Made by a program: the position numbers and the translations under genes
Shown: positions 39,051-49,604 of the stretch, one piece after another
Position numbering within the stretch: the first letter of the stretch is position 1
Layout: each line of letters opens with the position of its first letter
The notes under the pieces: model-generated
Database searches by the model: none
What the model saw: only the letters and a program-made list of their open reading frames with translations
What the model was told of the DNA's origin: nothing
Assembly (NCBI GenBank): GCA_030641665.1
Contig: DAOWHA010000038.1
Span: 23,857 to 87,856 of the forward strand
DNA from: a bacterium
GTDB lineage: Bacteria > Patescibacteriota > Patescibacteriia > JAACEG01
DNA length: 64,000 bases
Direction of reading: 5' to 3'

Positions 39051-41240
39051 ATGAGGAGAAAAAGAAGGCAAAAAAACATAATAAGAGAAGAAACTGATTT
39101 TTCGCTTAAATCCGAAACAAAAAAAGGCGTGCTTATCGTTATAGTTTTTACTTTTGCGGTTCTATCCCTTTTGAGTTTTTTTCACTCAGCCGGGCGTTTT
39201 GGATTTTGGTTTGAAAAAATTTTAAAAAATTTTTTCGGACTGGGATATGCTGTTTTTCCGCTGATTTTATTAGCGTTTAGCTATCTGCTGATTGTTTCAA
39301 AAAAAATGGCGCTAAAAGCGATTCATTATTTTAGTTTCGCGTTTTTTGTATTAAGTTTTTACGCGCTTTTGCATTTAAGCCATCCGTTAAGCCAGAATTT
39401 TTTTCAAGATTTAAAAACGGCTTCGCATGGCGGCGGATATGTCGGAATTCTTTTAAGCTGGCCGCTTGAATATTTTTTAAGTTTTTGGGGCAGTTTGATA
39501 ATTTTATTGGCGATATTTATCAGTTCAATCTTGATAATTTTTAATATTTCTTTGGGCAGTATGTTTAACGGAGCGAGTATTTTTAAATTTGCGGCTATGA
39601 AATTTTTGCGAATTTTAAAATTATTAAAAATTAAGGCGGGTAATATTTATCAGCATAAAAAATTTAATGACAGCGGCGAGCAGCGCGAGGAAGAAGATTA
39701 TGAAAGCAGCGAAGACAGCAAAGACAGCAAGATTGATTTCAGGCAGTCTGAAATCAAAAAAAATTCTAACATCGAAAGTGAAAACGGCGGCGGGTTTCAG
39801 TTAAATCTTAATAATGTTTTTAATAAGCAGAAAATAGACCTTCCTGTGAGCTTATTGGAAAACAGTGGAGGCAAGCCGACAAGCGGCGACATAAACAGCA
39901 ATATAAATATTATTAAAAATACTTTGCAGAATTTCGGCATTGAGGTTGAAATGGGCGAAGTCAATATCGGACCGACCGTAACGCAATACACCTTAAAGCC
40001 GGCGGAAGGGGTTAAATTGTCGCAAATTATTACTTTGGGCAACGACTTGGCTTTAGCGCTGGCAGCGCATCCGATTCGCATAGAAGCGCCTATTCCGGGA
40101 AAATCTTTAGTAGGCGTTGAAGTTCCTAATAAAACCGCTGCCACTGTTCGCCTTAAAGATATTATAACCTCAAAAGAATTTAAGAATCGCGCTTCTAATC
40201 TGATGCTATCGCTTGGAAAAGATGTCTCTGGCAAGGCATGGATGCTGGATTTAGTGAAAAATCCGCATCTGCTGATTGCCGGATCTACCGGGTCTGGCAA
40301 AAGCATCTGCATAAATTCAATTATTTTAAGCCTGTTTTACCAAAACAGCCCGAATGAGTTAAAGTTCATTATGGTTGATCCGAAAAGAGTGGAGTTGCCT
40401 ATTTATAACAACACACCTTATTTAATCGCTCCTGTTATCACTAACACCAAGAAGACAGTAAGGGCATTAAAATGGGCGATTTCGGAAATGGAAAGGCGGT
40501 TTGAAGTTTTAGCGGAAGCAAGAAAACGGGATATTATTTCTTATAACGCAGCCAGCGAAGAAAAAATGTATAATTTGGTTATTATTATTGACGAACTTGC
40601 GGATTTAATGGCATCTGCAGGCGCTGAAATAGAAAATTTAATCATCCGCTTGGCGCAGATGTCGCGCGCGGTCGGGATCTATCTGATTTTAGCCACGCAA
40701 AGACCGTCCGTTAATGTAATTACCGGGCTTATTAAAGCGAATATAACTTCGCGCATCGCTTTTAGCGTCGCTTCGCTTGTTGATTCGCGGACAATTTTAG
40801 ATATGAGCGGAGCGGAAAAGTTATTAGGCAAAGGAGATATGCTTTTTATTTCCAATGAAATTTCCAAGCCGAAAAGGCTGCAAGGGGCTTATATTTCAGA
40901 AAAAGAGATTAAAAATATCACAGCTTACCTGCAAGCTCGCAACGACACGGAATATAATAATGAAATAACAGAAATTTCAGAATTAAGCAGCGAGGAAGAA
41001 AATCTTAATATTCCCGATGATGATTTAGAATTATTAAAACAAGCCAAAGAGATTGTGATTGCGGCAGGCAAAGCGTCGTCTTCTATGCTGCAAAGAAGGC
41101 TGCGTATCGGATATAATAGAGCGGCGCGGCTGATTGATATTTTAGAAGAGCAGGGAATGATTTCTCCATCAGACGGAACAAATCGTCCGCGCGAAGTGCT
41201 GGCTCTTGGGAAAGATATGCCGGATGATAAAAATGAATAA
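39051..41240 (+). CDS. ftsK: DNA translocase FtsK/SpoIIIE
   Basis: N-terminal polytopic membrane region, Walker A GSTGSGKS, C-terminal winged-helix gamma domain MLQRRLRIGYNRAARLID. Confidence 0.85.
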   Translation: MRRKRRQKNIIREETDFSLKSETKKGVLIVIVFTFAVLSLLSFFHSAGRFGFWFEKILKNFFGLGYAVFPLILLAFSYLLIVSKKMALKAIHYFSFAFFVLSFYALLHLSHPLSQNFFQDLKTASHGGGYVGILLSWPLEYFLSFWGSLIILLAIFISSILIIFNISLGSMFNGASIFKFAAMKFLRILKLLKIKAGNIYQHKKFNDSGEQREEEDYESSEDSKDSKIDFRQSEIKKNSNIESENGGGFQLNLNNVFNKQKIDLPVSLLENSGGKPTSGDINSNINIIKNTLQNFGIEVEMGEVNIGPTVTQYTLKPAEGVKLSQIITLGNDLALALAAHPIRIEAPIPGKSLVGVEVPNKTAATVRLKDIITSKEFKNRASNLMLSLGKDVSGKAWMLDLVKNPHLLIAGSTGSGKSICINSIILSLFYQNSPNELKFIMVDPKRVELPIYNNTPYLIAPVITNTKKTVRALKWAISEMERRFEVLAEARKRDIISYNAASEEKMYNLVIIIDELADLMASAGAEIENLIIRLAQMSRAVGIYLILATQRPSVNVITGLIKANITSRIAFSVASLVDSRTILDMSGAEKLLGKGDMLFISNEISKPKRLQGAYISEKEIKNITAYLQARNDTEYNNEITEISELSSEEENLNIPDDDLELLKQAKEIVIAAGKASSSMLQRRLRIGYNRAARLIDILEEQGMISPSDGTNRPREVLALGKDMPDDKNE

Positions 41241-41307
41241 ATGTGGTATAATGAACAAAAGTTAAAAGTTGAAAGTCTATAAAGTCGAAAGTAAAAAGTG
41301 AAATTTT

Positions 41308-41997
41308 ATGGTTTTTTGGAAAAAAAAACAGTTAATTTTAGAGAGCGCTTTAGGCGGAATATTAAAAAAGGAGCGGATTGCCCGCTGTATTTCTATTGAT
41401 GACATAGAGAAGCGAACAAATATTCAAAAAAGGTATATTGTGTTTTTAGAAAAATCGGATTATTCAAGTCTGCCGGGAAAAGTTTATGTTAAAAATTTTA
41501 TCAAAAATTACGCTGATTTTTTAAATCTTAATACAAGATATATATTAGAAATTTTTGAAAAAGAATACTTGTTTTTTGAAAAAACAAAAGATGATAAAAA
41601 CGGAATTTTTAAAAATGTAAAAATTTCAAATTTTCGTTTTATTGTCGCGCCTAAAATTTTTAGAAATATTACTATCGCAGCCGTCTTTTTTTTATGCTTT
41701 TGCTATTTAAGCGGAGAAGCGAAAAATATTTCCAAGCCGCCAGCGCTAAATATATATTCACCGCTAAACAATCTTGTAACCAGCGAACAATCAATAAAAA
41801 TAATCGGGGAGACTGATCGCGGATCGCAGATATTTATTAACGATAAACTGATAATAGCCGACAGCGAAGGAAAATTTTCTGAAAATATAAATCTGCAAAT
41901 AGGCGTTAATATTATAAAAATAGTGGTTAAGAAAAAATATACAAGAGAGAATGTTGTTTATAGAAAAGTTTTAGTTATTGATGAATCAGCAGATTAA
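41308..41997 (+). CDS. RodZ-like cytoskeletal protein (HTH plus TM)
   Basis: N-terminal HTH with [18 protein letters not shown], typical of RodZ; a single TM follows. Confidence 0.45.
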   Translation: MVFWKKKQLILESALGGILKKERIARCISIDDIEKRTNIQKRYIVFLEKSDYSSLPGKVYVKNFIKNYADFLNLNTRYILEIFEKEYLFFEKTKDDKNGIFKNVKISNFRFIVAPKIFRNITIAAVFFLCFCYLSGEAKNISKPPALNIYSPLNNLVTSEQSIKIIGETDRGSQIFINDKLIIADSEGKFSENINLQIGVNIIKIVVKKKYTRENVVYRKVLVIDESAD

Positions 41998-42032
41998 AAA
42001 ATTGTTTAATAATTTATTTAATTATAATTTTT

Positions 42033-43058
42033 ATGGCGAAAGATAAACAGACAGAAGACAAAATAGGCGGAAAATTAAAAGCAGCCGAAGAGGCGATTGC
42101 GCAAATTAAAGAGCGATTTGGCGACGGCGCTATTATGAAATTAGGCGAAGCGAAAAGAATGGAGGTTAAGTCCGTTCCTACCGGGTGCTTATCGCTTGAT
42201 ATCGCGCTCGGAGTAGGCGGAGTTCCGCGAGGGAGGATTGTAGAAATTTACGGACCTGAATCTTCAGGAAAAACGACATTGGCGCAGCATATAACAGCAG
42301 AAGTGCAAAAAATGGGCGGAATTGCGGCTTTTGTAGACGCTGAGCATGCGCTGGATCCTGATTACGCGAAAAAAATCGGCGTGAACATCAAAGACTTGCT
42401 GATTTCACAGCCTGACACAGGAGAGCAAGCGCTGGAAATAGTGGAAACCCTAGTCAGATCAAACGCTGTTGATGTTATTGTTGTTGATTCTGTCGCGGCA
42501 TTAGTGCCGAAATCTGAAATTGAAGGCGAGATGGGGGACCGCCAGATGGGAACTCAGGCGCGGCTGATGAGCCAAGCATTAAGAAAATTAGCCGGAATTA
42601 TCCATAAAACAAATACAGTTTTAATTTTTATAAATCAAATTAGATTAAAAATAGGCGTGTTTTTCGGCAATCCAGAAACAACTCCGGGCGGAATGGCGCT
42701 GAAATTTTATTCTTCCGTCAGAATTGAAGTCCGCCGCAGCGCCCAGATTAAAAAAGGCGAAAATATTGTCGGAAATCAGGTTAAAGCGAAAATCGTTAAA
42801 AATAAAGTCGCCGCGCCTTTCAAAACAACAGTTTTTGAAATTATGTATAACGAAGGAATTTCAATCGCTGGAGATTTATTAGATGTCGGAGTTGATAATA
42901 AAATTATAGTAAAATCCGGGAATTCTTACGCTTATGGAAATGAAAAATTAGGTGTTGGGCGCGAGAACGCAAAGCAGCATTTGCGTGAAAATCCAAAAAT
43001 GATAAAAGAATTAAAAGAAAAAATTACAAAAGCGGTTAAAGAAAAAGAAGAGGAGTAA
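42033..43058 (+). CDS. recA: Recombinase RecA
   Basis: [18 protein letters not shown]alker A and canonical RecA core. Confidence 0.95.
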   Translation: MAKDKQTEDKIGGKLKAAEEAIAQIKERFGDGAIMKLGEAKRMEVKSVPTGCLSLDIALGVGGVPRGRIVEIYGPESSGKTTLAQHITAEVQKMGGIAAFVDAEHALDPDYAKKIGVNIKDLLISQPDTGEQALEIVETLVRSNAVDVIVVDSVAALVPKSEIEGEMGDRQMGTQARLMSQALRKLAGIIHKTNTVLIFINQIRLKIGVFFGNPETTPGGMALKFYSSVRIEVRRSAQIKKGENIVGNQVKAKIVKNKVAAPFKTTVFEIMYNEGISIAGDLLDVGVDNKIIVKSGNSYAYGNEKLGVGRENAKQHLRENPKMIKELKEKITKAVKEKEEE

Positions 43059-43182
43059 AAATTATAAAATAAATTACAACAAAAAAACGCGCTTAGGCGC
43101 GTTTTTGTAGTGTTTTTATGAAACTTGACAAACGCAATATATGGTATTATAATTCAGTTAAATATACTAAATATTCTATTTT

Positions 43183-43650
43183 ATGCGGTGCCCAAATTGC
43201 AGAAACTTAGACACAAAAGTCATTGATTCCCGCCTTTCGCCAGACGAATCTTCTATCCGCCGCCGCAGGGAATGCTTAAAATGCGCTTTTCGCTTTTCAA
43301 CCTTGGAAGAGGCGAGAATTTTTGATTTAACAATTATTAAAAACGGCGGAAAGCGGCAAACATACAACCGTAAAAAAATTGAAAATGGACTAAAAAGAGC
43401 TTTAGAAAAAAGACGGTTCACGGAGGAAAAGTTTAAAAAATTGATCGGGAAAATAGAGATAGATATTCAAAAAACTAAAAAAAAGGAAGAGATAAAAAGC
43501 AGCCAGATCGGGGAAATTATAATGAAAAATTTAAAAAAAGTTGACAAGGTCGCCTATATCCGATTCGCCTCAGTCTATAAATCTTTTGAGGATGTGGAGA
43601 CTTTTGAACAGGAAATAAGCAAACTTTTCCGCAAAAAATCTAAAAAATAA
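43183..43650 (+). CDS. nrdR: Transcriptional repressor NrdR
   Basis: MRCPNCRNLDTKVIDSR...CLKC zinc ribbon plus ATP-cone. Confidence 0.9.
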   Translation: MRCPNCRNLDTKVIDSRLSPDESSIRRRRECLKCAFRFSTLEEARIFDLTIIKNGGKRQTYNRKKIENGLKRALEKRRFTEEKFKKLIGKIEIDIQKTKKKEEIKSSQIGEIIMKNLKKVDKVAYIRFASVYKSFEDVETFEQEISKLFRKKSKK

Positions 43651-43689
43651 TTTTTTATTTTTAGTTATAAAATTTTTTCAAAAAATACT

Positions 43690-45666
43690 ATGGATAATGC
43701 GCCACAAAAAATTTTTACAAATATTAGCGATAATACAGTGTTTAATGTTAAAAATACTGCTTCGTTTTTAAATATATCTTCGGCAACTGTTAGAAATTGG
43801 GTAAAATCAGGATATTTAAAAAGTTTTGATAATAATTCCAAAAATTTTTTTCATATAAACGAAATTAAAAATATAAAATCAGAAATAATAAACGGAAATT
43901 CTGTTAAATTAAGCAAGAGAGCGAATAAATCAAAGGCGAATAGAACCTTTATCCCAAAAGAATATTTGAAAAACAAAAATGAGCTTGATAATTTTAATAA
44001 TATTATCAATTTTATTCAAAAAAATAATATTGATTTGACTTCAGCGCTTTTACTTGTTGCTTTAAATTTACTAATAAAAGAAAACTTATTATCGCCGATT
44101 ACGATAGAAGATGTTAAAAAAAAGAAAGATTTGCGATATTTTAATAAGCAGATAGGAGAAGAAATAAAATCTTGGCTGGCAGAAATTGAAAAATTAAAAA
44201 TTAAAAAAGAATATTCTTATTTACTTAATTGCTTATTGCCAAAACAGCGCGATGTTTTGGGCTTTATTTACCAGTCTTTGCTGCTTGAGGGGAAAAAATC
44301 TCAAAGCGGGTCGTATTATACACCGTCAAATATTGTTGACGAAATTATAAGCGAATATATAAAAAAAGATTTAAAAGTTTTAGATCCTTGCTGCGGGACA
44401 GGACAGTTTTTATTGGCTTTTGCGGATATTATTAAAGACCCAAGCAAAATTTACGGAGTAGATATTGATGAAATAGCTGTTAGAATAGCAAGGATAAATT
44501 TATTGATTAAATATAAAAATAGAGACTTTGCTCCAAATATTGTTTGTAAAAATACTTTATTTGAAATCGGCAATTATGATTTATTTAGTTTGAACGATGA
44601 AAATATTAGAAATTTTGATGTTGTTGCCACAAATCCGCCGTGGGGAATGCATTTTTCAAAACAAGATACTGAAATATTGAAAAAAATATATCCTCAAATA
44701 TCATCTTTTGAATCCTTTTCTTATTTTTTGAAAAAAGGCATTGATTTATTAAAAGATGATGGAATTTTATCTTTTATTTTACCAGAGTCAATTTTGAATG
44801 TTAAAACGCATAAAGATATTAGAGAAATTATTTTAAATAACACGCATATTAAAAAAATAATTTATCTTAATCGCGTATTTAAAAATGTTTTTACGCCAGT
44901 GATAAGATTGGATTTAGAAAAAAGCGTAAAAAATGATAATGAAATAAAAATTTGCAAAAAAAATAAAAATTATAAGGTAAACCAGTTAAGATGGAAAAAT
45001 AATCAAGATTTTATTTTTAATATACATGCTAACGATTTTGATACTGGGATAATAGATAAAATTTATAATGTCAATCATACAACATTAAAAGGACAGTCCG
45101 ATTGGGCGTTAGGAATTGTGACAGGTGATAATTCTAAATATATTATCAATAGGCCAAAAGACGGATATGAAAAAATTTACAAAGGAAAAGATGTTAAAAA
45201 ATTTGTTTTAAAAAAATCAAATAACTATATTCAATTTACGCCTGAAAAATTCCAGCAAGCAGCGCCGCAAGAAAAATATCGGGTTAAAGAAAAGTTAATC
45301 TACAAATTTATATCAAAATATTTAATTTTTGCTTATGATAATAAACAAAAAATAACATTAAATAGCGCTAATATTGTAATACCAAAAATTTCAAATTATC
45401 CGATAAAAGTTATTGCCGCGCTGTTTAACTCTTCTTTATATCAGTTTATTTTTCAAAAAAAGTTTTCCAGCATTAAAGTTTTGCGAAGCCATATAGAACA
45501 GTTGCCATTGCCCCTCTGGGATAAAAAAACTTTTAATGAAATAATTGAATTAGTTGATAAAGTAATTAAAGAAAAAATAAATTTTAAAAAATTAGATGAT
45601 TGTATTATGAGTAGATATTCTTTAACCGAGAAAGAAAAAAGTTATATTAAAAAATTTAATAAATAA
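43690..45666 (+). CDS. Gamma-class N6-adenine DNA methyltransferase with N-terminal HTH and C-terminal target-recognition region
   Basis: Motif X GSYYTP, motif I VLDPCCGTGQFL, motif IV VVATNPPWG; HTH NISSATVRNWVKSGYL; 658 aa with no recognisable nuclease motif. Confidence 0.75.
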   Translation: MDNAPQKIFTNISDNTVFNVKNTASFLNISSATVRNWVKSGYLKSFDNNSKNFFHINEIKNIKSEIINGNSVKLSKRANKSKANRTFIPKEYLKNKNELDNFNNIINFIQKNNIDLTSALLLVALNLLIKENLLSPITIEDVKKKKDLRYFNKQIGEEIKSWLAEIEKLKIKKEYSYLLNCLLPKQRDVLGFIYQSLLLEGKKSQSGSYYTPSNIVDEIISEYIKKDLKVLDPCCGTGQFLLAFADIIKDPSKIYGVDIDEIAVRIARINLLIKYKNRDFAPNIVCKNTLFEIGNYDLFSLNDENIRNFDVVATNPPWGMHFSKQDTEILKKIYPQISSFESFSYFLKKGIDLLKDDGILSFILPESILNVKTHKDIREIILNNTHIKKIIYLNRVFKNVFTPVIRLDLEKSVKNDNEIKICKKNKNYKVNQLRWKNNQDFIFNIHANDFDTGIIDKIYNVNHTTLKGQSDWALGIVTGDNSKYIINRPKDGYEKIYKGKDVKKFVLKKSNNYIQFTPEKFQQAAPQEKYRVKEKLIYKFISKYLIFAYDNKQKITLNSANIVIPKISNYPIKVIAALFNSSLYQFIFQKKFSSIKVLRSHIEQLPLPLWDKKTFNEIIELVDKVIKEKINFKKLDDCIMSRYSLTEKEKSYIKKFNK

Positions 45667-45760
45667 TTTTATGGAAATTTTAAAAAATAATTTAAAAAAT
45701 ACGAAATAAAACCGAGAAATTTATTAAAAGAAATAATTAGGGCTTATAAAAAGTAAAAAT

Positions 45761-46465
45761 ATGCTACACGAATTTCAAAAATCAATTAAGGCGGTATTAT
45801 ATGACAAATTAACAAGTCCGCTGACTGGTACATTCTTTTTTTCATGGTTTGCTTGGAATTGGCGATTGGTTTATTATGTTATTTTAGGGGATAATACGCG
45901 AAATATTATTGAAAGAATGGAATATATTGAAGGTTATTTTTTAGATTTTCATTATATAGTTTCGCGTCCAGTAATATCTACGGCTGTTTTAATAATTATA
46001 TATCCATTTATAACTACTTTTGCATATTGGGTAACATTAAAATTCAGAAAATGGAAAAAAGAGATAAAAAATGAAATAGAAGATGAAACGCCTCTATCAG
46101 TAAAAGAATCAAGGAAAATCAAAGAATTGATTAGAGATGAAATTGAAAACCGAAAAGAGCAAGATGGAAAATTTCAAGTATTAATAGAAGATTTTAATAC
46201 TGAAATTGAAAAATTAAAAAAAGAAAACAGTAGGTTAAAACAAGTAATTGAAACAAAGGATGGTTTAGAAAAATTAAAAAATGACGAACAATTAAAATTA
46301 AAATTAGGTAATAAAATTTATAAGGATAAAAAAATAGGGACGGAAAAGATATCGTCGGTTGTTGACAAAGAATTAAACGGAAAAAATTATAAGGAAATAA
46401 AAACTTATAGCGGACAAACTTTTTTATTATCAAAAGAAGATTTAGAAAAACAGATTAAAGAATAA
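45761..46465 (+). CDS. Hypothetical membrane protein with coiled-coil C-terminal half
   Basis: Two N-terminal TM segments, then a heptad-rich E/K region. Confidence 0.35.
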   Translation: MLHEFQKSIKAVLYDKLTSPLTGTFFFSWFAWNWRLVYYVILGDNTRNIIERMEYIEGYFLDFHYIVSRPVISTAVLIIIYPFITTFAYWVTLKFRKWKKEIKNEIEDETPLSVKESRKIKELIRDEIENRKEQDGKFQVLIEDFNTEIEKLKKENSRLKQVIETKDGLEKLKNDEQLKLKLGNKIYKDKKIGTEKISSVVDKELNGKNYKEIKTYSGQTFLLSKEDLEKQIKE

Positions 46466-46485
46466 GTCATTTTTAAGAATAGAGT

Positions 46486-47307
46486 ATGAATAAAAATAAC
46501 AAATTAATAATTTTTGAGAGCAAACAAATTCGCAGGGCTTGGCATAATGGCGAATGGTTTTTTTCAGTGGTTGATATTGTTGGAATTTTAACGGAAAGTC
46601 TTTATCCAAGGCAATATTGGGAAAAAGTAAAGCAAAGAGAATTTATAGATATTCAGTTGTCCCCAATTTGGTTACAACTGAAATTAGAAAGTTCTGACGG
46701 AAAAAAATACAGCACTGATTGCGTAAATTTGAAAAATGCTTTTCGTTTAATTCAATCAATTCCAAACAAAAAAGCAGAGCCGTTTAAAATGTGGCTGGCA
46801 CAAGTTGGAAAAGAAAGAATTGACGAAATAGAAAATCCAGAATTGGCGCAAGAAAGGATGAAACAAATTTACGAACAAAAGGGTTATCCAAAAGATTGGA
46901 TTGATAAACGATTGCGAGGAATGGCGATTAGACAAAATTTAACCGACGAATGGAAAGAGCGAGGAATTAAAATCCAAAGCGATTTTGCGATATTGACTGC
47001 TGAAATTTCCAAAGCGACTTTTGGAATGACGCCATCGGAATACAAAAAAATAAAAAATATCACAACAAAATCAAAAGCGAATTTGCGTGACAATATGACT
47101 GACTTGGAATTGATTTTTACAATGCTTGGCGAAAAAGTAACAACGGAAATTTCTCAAAAAGAAAAGCCAGACAATTTTGTTAAAAATAAAAAAGTTGCAA
47201 AACGAGGTGGTGGGGTAGCTGGTAAAGCAAGAAAAGATGCGGAAAAAGAGATAGGCAAAAGTATAATTTCAAAAAATAATTATTTAAGTAATAAAAAAAT
47301 AAAATAA
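46486..47307 (+). CDS. DinD-like DNA-damage-inducible protein (Bro-N-like N-terminus)
   Basis: N-terminal IFESKQIRRAWHNGEWFFSVVDI (Bro-N/DinD-like). The C-terminal FAILTAEISKATFG...KVAKRGGGVAGKARKD resembles E. coli DinD as I recall it. Confidence 0.55.
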   Translation: MNKNNKLIIFESKQIRRAWHNGEWFFSVVDIVGILTESLYPRQYWEKVKQREFIDIQLSPIWLQLKLESSDGKKYSTDCVNLKNAFRLIQSIPNKKAEPFKMWLAQVGKERIDEIENPELAQERMKQIYEQKGYPKDWIDKRLRGMAIRQNLTDEWKERGIKIQSDFAILTAEISKATFGMTPSEYKKIKNITTKSKANLRDNMTDLELIFTMLGEKVTTEISQKEKPDNFVKNKKVAKRGGGVAGKARKDAEKEIGKSIISKNNYLSNKKIK

Positions 47308-47451
47308 AAAAATGACAAAAAAGGGGGAGTCTTACGGCACTACGCCATTAGGAACCCCTTTCGTCTTAATATTTTTATTATATTATAAAAATAAATAGTA
47401 TTAATAGTTTAAAAAATAATTTAAAAATATTTAATAAATAAACAAAACCTT

Positions 47452-49593
47452 ATGCCAAAAGCCAAAATCACACAGATCATTAAAAGAAGCGGGAAAATCG
47501 CTGATTTTAAACATGACAAAATCGCCAGCGCGATTTTAAAAGCTTTAAAAGTGACGGACGAAGTTAAAAATCCGTTAAAAAAAAGCGAGCAGCTTGCGAA
47601 AGAAGTCGTAAAAATTTTAGAGAAAAAATTTCATCACCGCTCAATCCCGGCTGTTGAAGAAATACAAGACATCGTTGAAGAAGTCTTAATTAAAAATCGT
47701 TTAATTCAAACAGCCAAATCCTATATTCTCTATAGAGACCAAAGAGCAAAAATGAGAGATATGAAAAAGTTGATAGATTCATCAGACTTAATAGATAAAT
47801 ATTTGAAAAAAGCGGATTGGCGGATAAAAGAAAACAGCAATATGGCTTTTTCGCTGCAAGGGCTGAATAATCATTTAGCGTCCGCGATCTCTTCAAATTA
47901 TTGGCTGAACAAAGTTTATCCGCGCGAAATACGGCGCGCACACATTGACGGCGATATGCACATTCACGATCTGCAGCTTTTGGCGGCTTATTGCGCTGGC
48001 TGGGATTTATATGATCTGTTAGTTAAAGGTTTTGGAGGCGTAAGCGGAAAAGTGGAAGCAAAGCCAGCAAAGCATTTTCGCACAATTTTAGGCCAAATAA
48101 TAAATTTTTTCTATACCTTGCAGGGCGAGGTTGCCGGGGCGGAAGCGTTTTCTAATTTTGACACATTTTTAGCGCCGTTTGTCAGATACGACAAATTAAA
48201 TTCCAGAGATGTCAAGCAGGCTCTGCAGGAATTTTTATTCAACATCAATGTGCCGACTCGAGTAGGTTTTCAGACTCCGTTTACAAATTTAACAATGGAT
48301 CTATCTGCTCCGAAAACTTTAAAAGATAAAAATGTTATTATCGGCGGAGAAGCGAAAAAAGAGACTTACGGCGATTTTCAAAAAGAGATGGATATGATAA
48401 ACACGACTTTTGCGGAACTTATGATGGAGGGAGACGCGAAAGGCAGAGTTTTTACTTTTCCAATTCCGACTTATAACATCACAAAAGATTTTGACTGGGA
48501 CAGCCCCGTGATGGAAAAAGTTTTTGAAATGACGGCAAAATACGGCATCCCTTATTTTTCAAATTTTATAAATTCCGATATGAGTCCTGACGACACGCGA
48601 AGCATGTGCTGCCGCTTGCGCTTGGATAACCGCGAATTAAGAAAAAGAGGCGGCGGTCTTTTTGCGGCAAATCCGCTCACGGGATCTGTCGGCGTTGTTA
48701 CGCTTAATCTGCCTCGGCTAGGATATTTAGCAAAAAAAGCGCATCCGAACAGTTTAGAAAAAGCCAAGAAAGAATTTTTTGAAAAATTGGAAAAATTAAT
48801 GGACACCGCGTTTCAAAGTTTGGAAATTAAAAGAGATATACTGGAAGATTTAAGCAAGAAAGGGCTGTATCCTTACGCTAAATTTTATCTAACAGGAATT
48901 TACAGCCGTTTCGGGCAATATTGGAAAAACCATTTTTCAACAATCGGAATTAACGGAATGAACGAAGCGCTGCTTAATTTAATGGATAAAAATATCGCTT
49001 CGCAAGACGGCGGAAAATTCGCTTTGAAAATTATGGACAAAATGCGCGATAAACTGGTTGATTACCAAAATAAAACTAATAATCTGTATAACTTAGAAGC
49101 AACTCCGGCTGAAGGCGTAACAAGGCGGCTTGCCAACACTGATAAAAAGAAATATCCTGATATTATCGTCGCCAACGAAGAAGAAGTTTTAAAAAAGAAA
49201 GCGTCTCCTTATTATACGAATTCAACAAATTTGCCTGTCGGCTACACAGACGATCTTTTTAAAGCGCTTGATTTGCAAGATGAAATTCAGACAAAATATA
49301 CAGGCGGCACTGTTTTGCATTGCTTTATCGGCGAACGGCTTCCTTCCGCAAAAGCGGCAAAAAATTTAGTTAAAAAAATCGCTGAAAAATACCGCCTCCC
49401 TTATTATTCAATCACTCCGTCGTTTAGTGTCTGCCCGACTCATGGCTATCTGTCAGGCGAGCATTTTAAATGCCCAGATTGCGGTATTGACTGCGAGGTT
49501 TATTCAAGAGTAGTCGGCTATCTTCGCCCTGTCCAGCAATGGAACGACTCTAAACAAGCGGAGTTTAAAGACAGAAAAGTTTATAAGGTGTAG
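47452..49593 (+). CDS. nrdD: Anaerobic ribonucleoside-triphosphate reductase (class III)
   Basis: N-terminal ATP-cone, C-terminal Zn site CPDCG and glycyl-radical motif RVVGYLRP. Confidence 0.9.
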   Translation: MPKAKITQIIKRSGKIADFKHDKIASAILKALKVTDEVKNPLKKSEQLAKEVVKILEKKFHHRSIPAVEEIQDIVEEVLIKNRLIQTAKSYILYRDQRAKMRDMKKLIDSSDLIDKYLKKADWRIKENSNMAFSLQGLNNHLASAISSNYWLNKVYPREIRRAHIDGDMHIHDLQLLAAYCAGWDLYDLLVKGFGGVSGKVEAKPAKHFRTILGQIINFFYTLQGEVAGAEAFSNFDTFLAPFVRYDKLNSRDVKQALQEFLFNINVPTRVGFQTPFTNLTMDLSAPKTLKDKNVIIGGEAKKETYGDFQKEMDMINTTFAELMMEGDAKGRVFTFPIPTYNITKDFDWDSPVMEKVFEMTAKYGIPYFSNFINSDMSPDDTRSMCCRLRLDNRELRKRGGGLFAANPLTGSVGVVTLNLPRLGYLAKKAHPNSLEKAKKEFFEKLEKLMDTAFQSLEIKRDILEDLSKKGLYPYAKFYLTGIYSRFGQYWKNHFSTIGINGMNEALLNLMDKNIASQDGGKFALKIMDKMRDKLVDYQNKTNNLYNLEATPAEGVTRRLANTDKKKYPDIIVANEEEVLKKKASPYYTNSTNLPVGYTDDLFKALDLQDEIQTKYTGGTVLHCFIGERLPSAKAAKNLVKKIAEKYRLPYYSITPSFSVCPTHGYLSGEHFKCPDCGIDCEVYSRVVGYLRPVQQWNDSKQAEFKDRKVYKV

Positions 49594-49604
49594 TAAAAAC
49601 ACAA

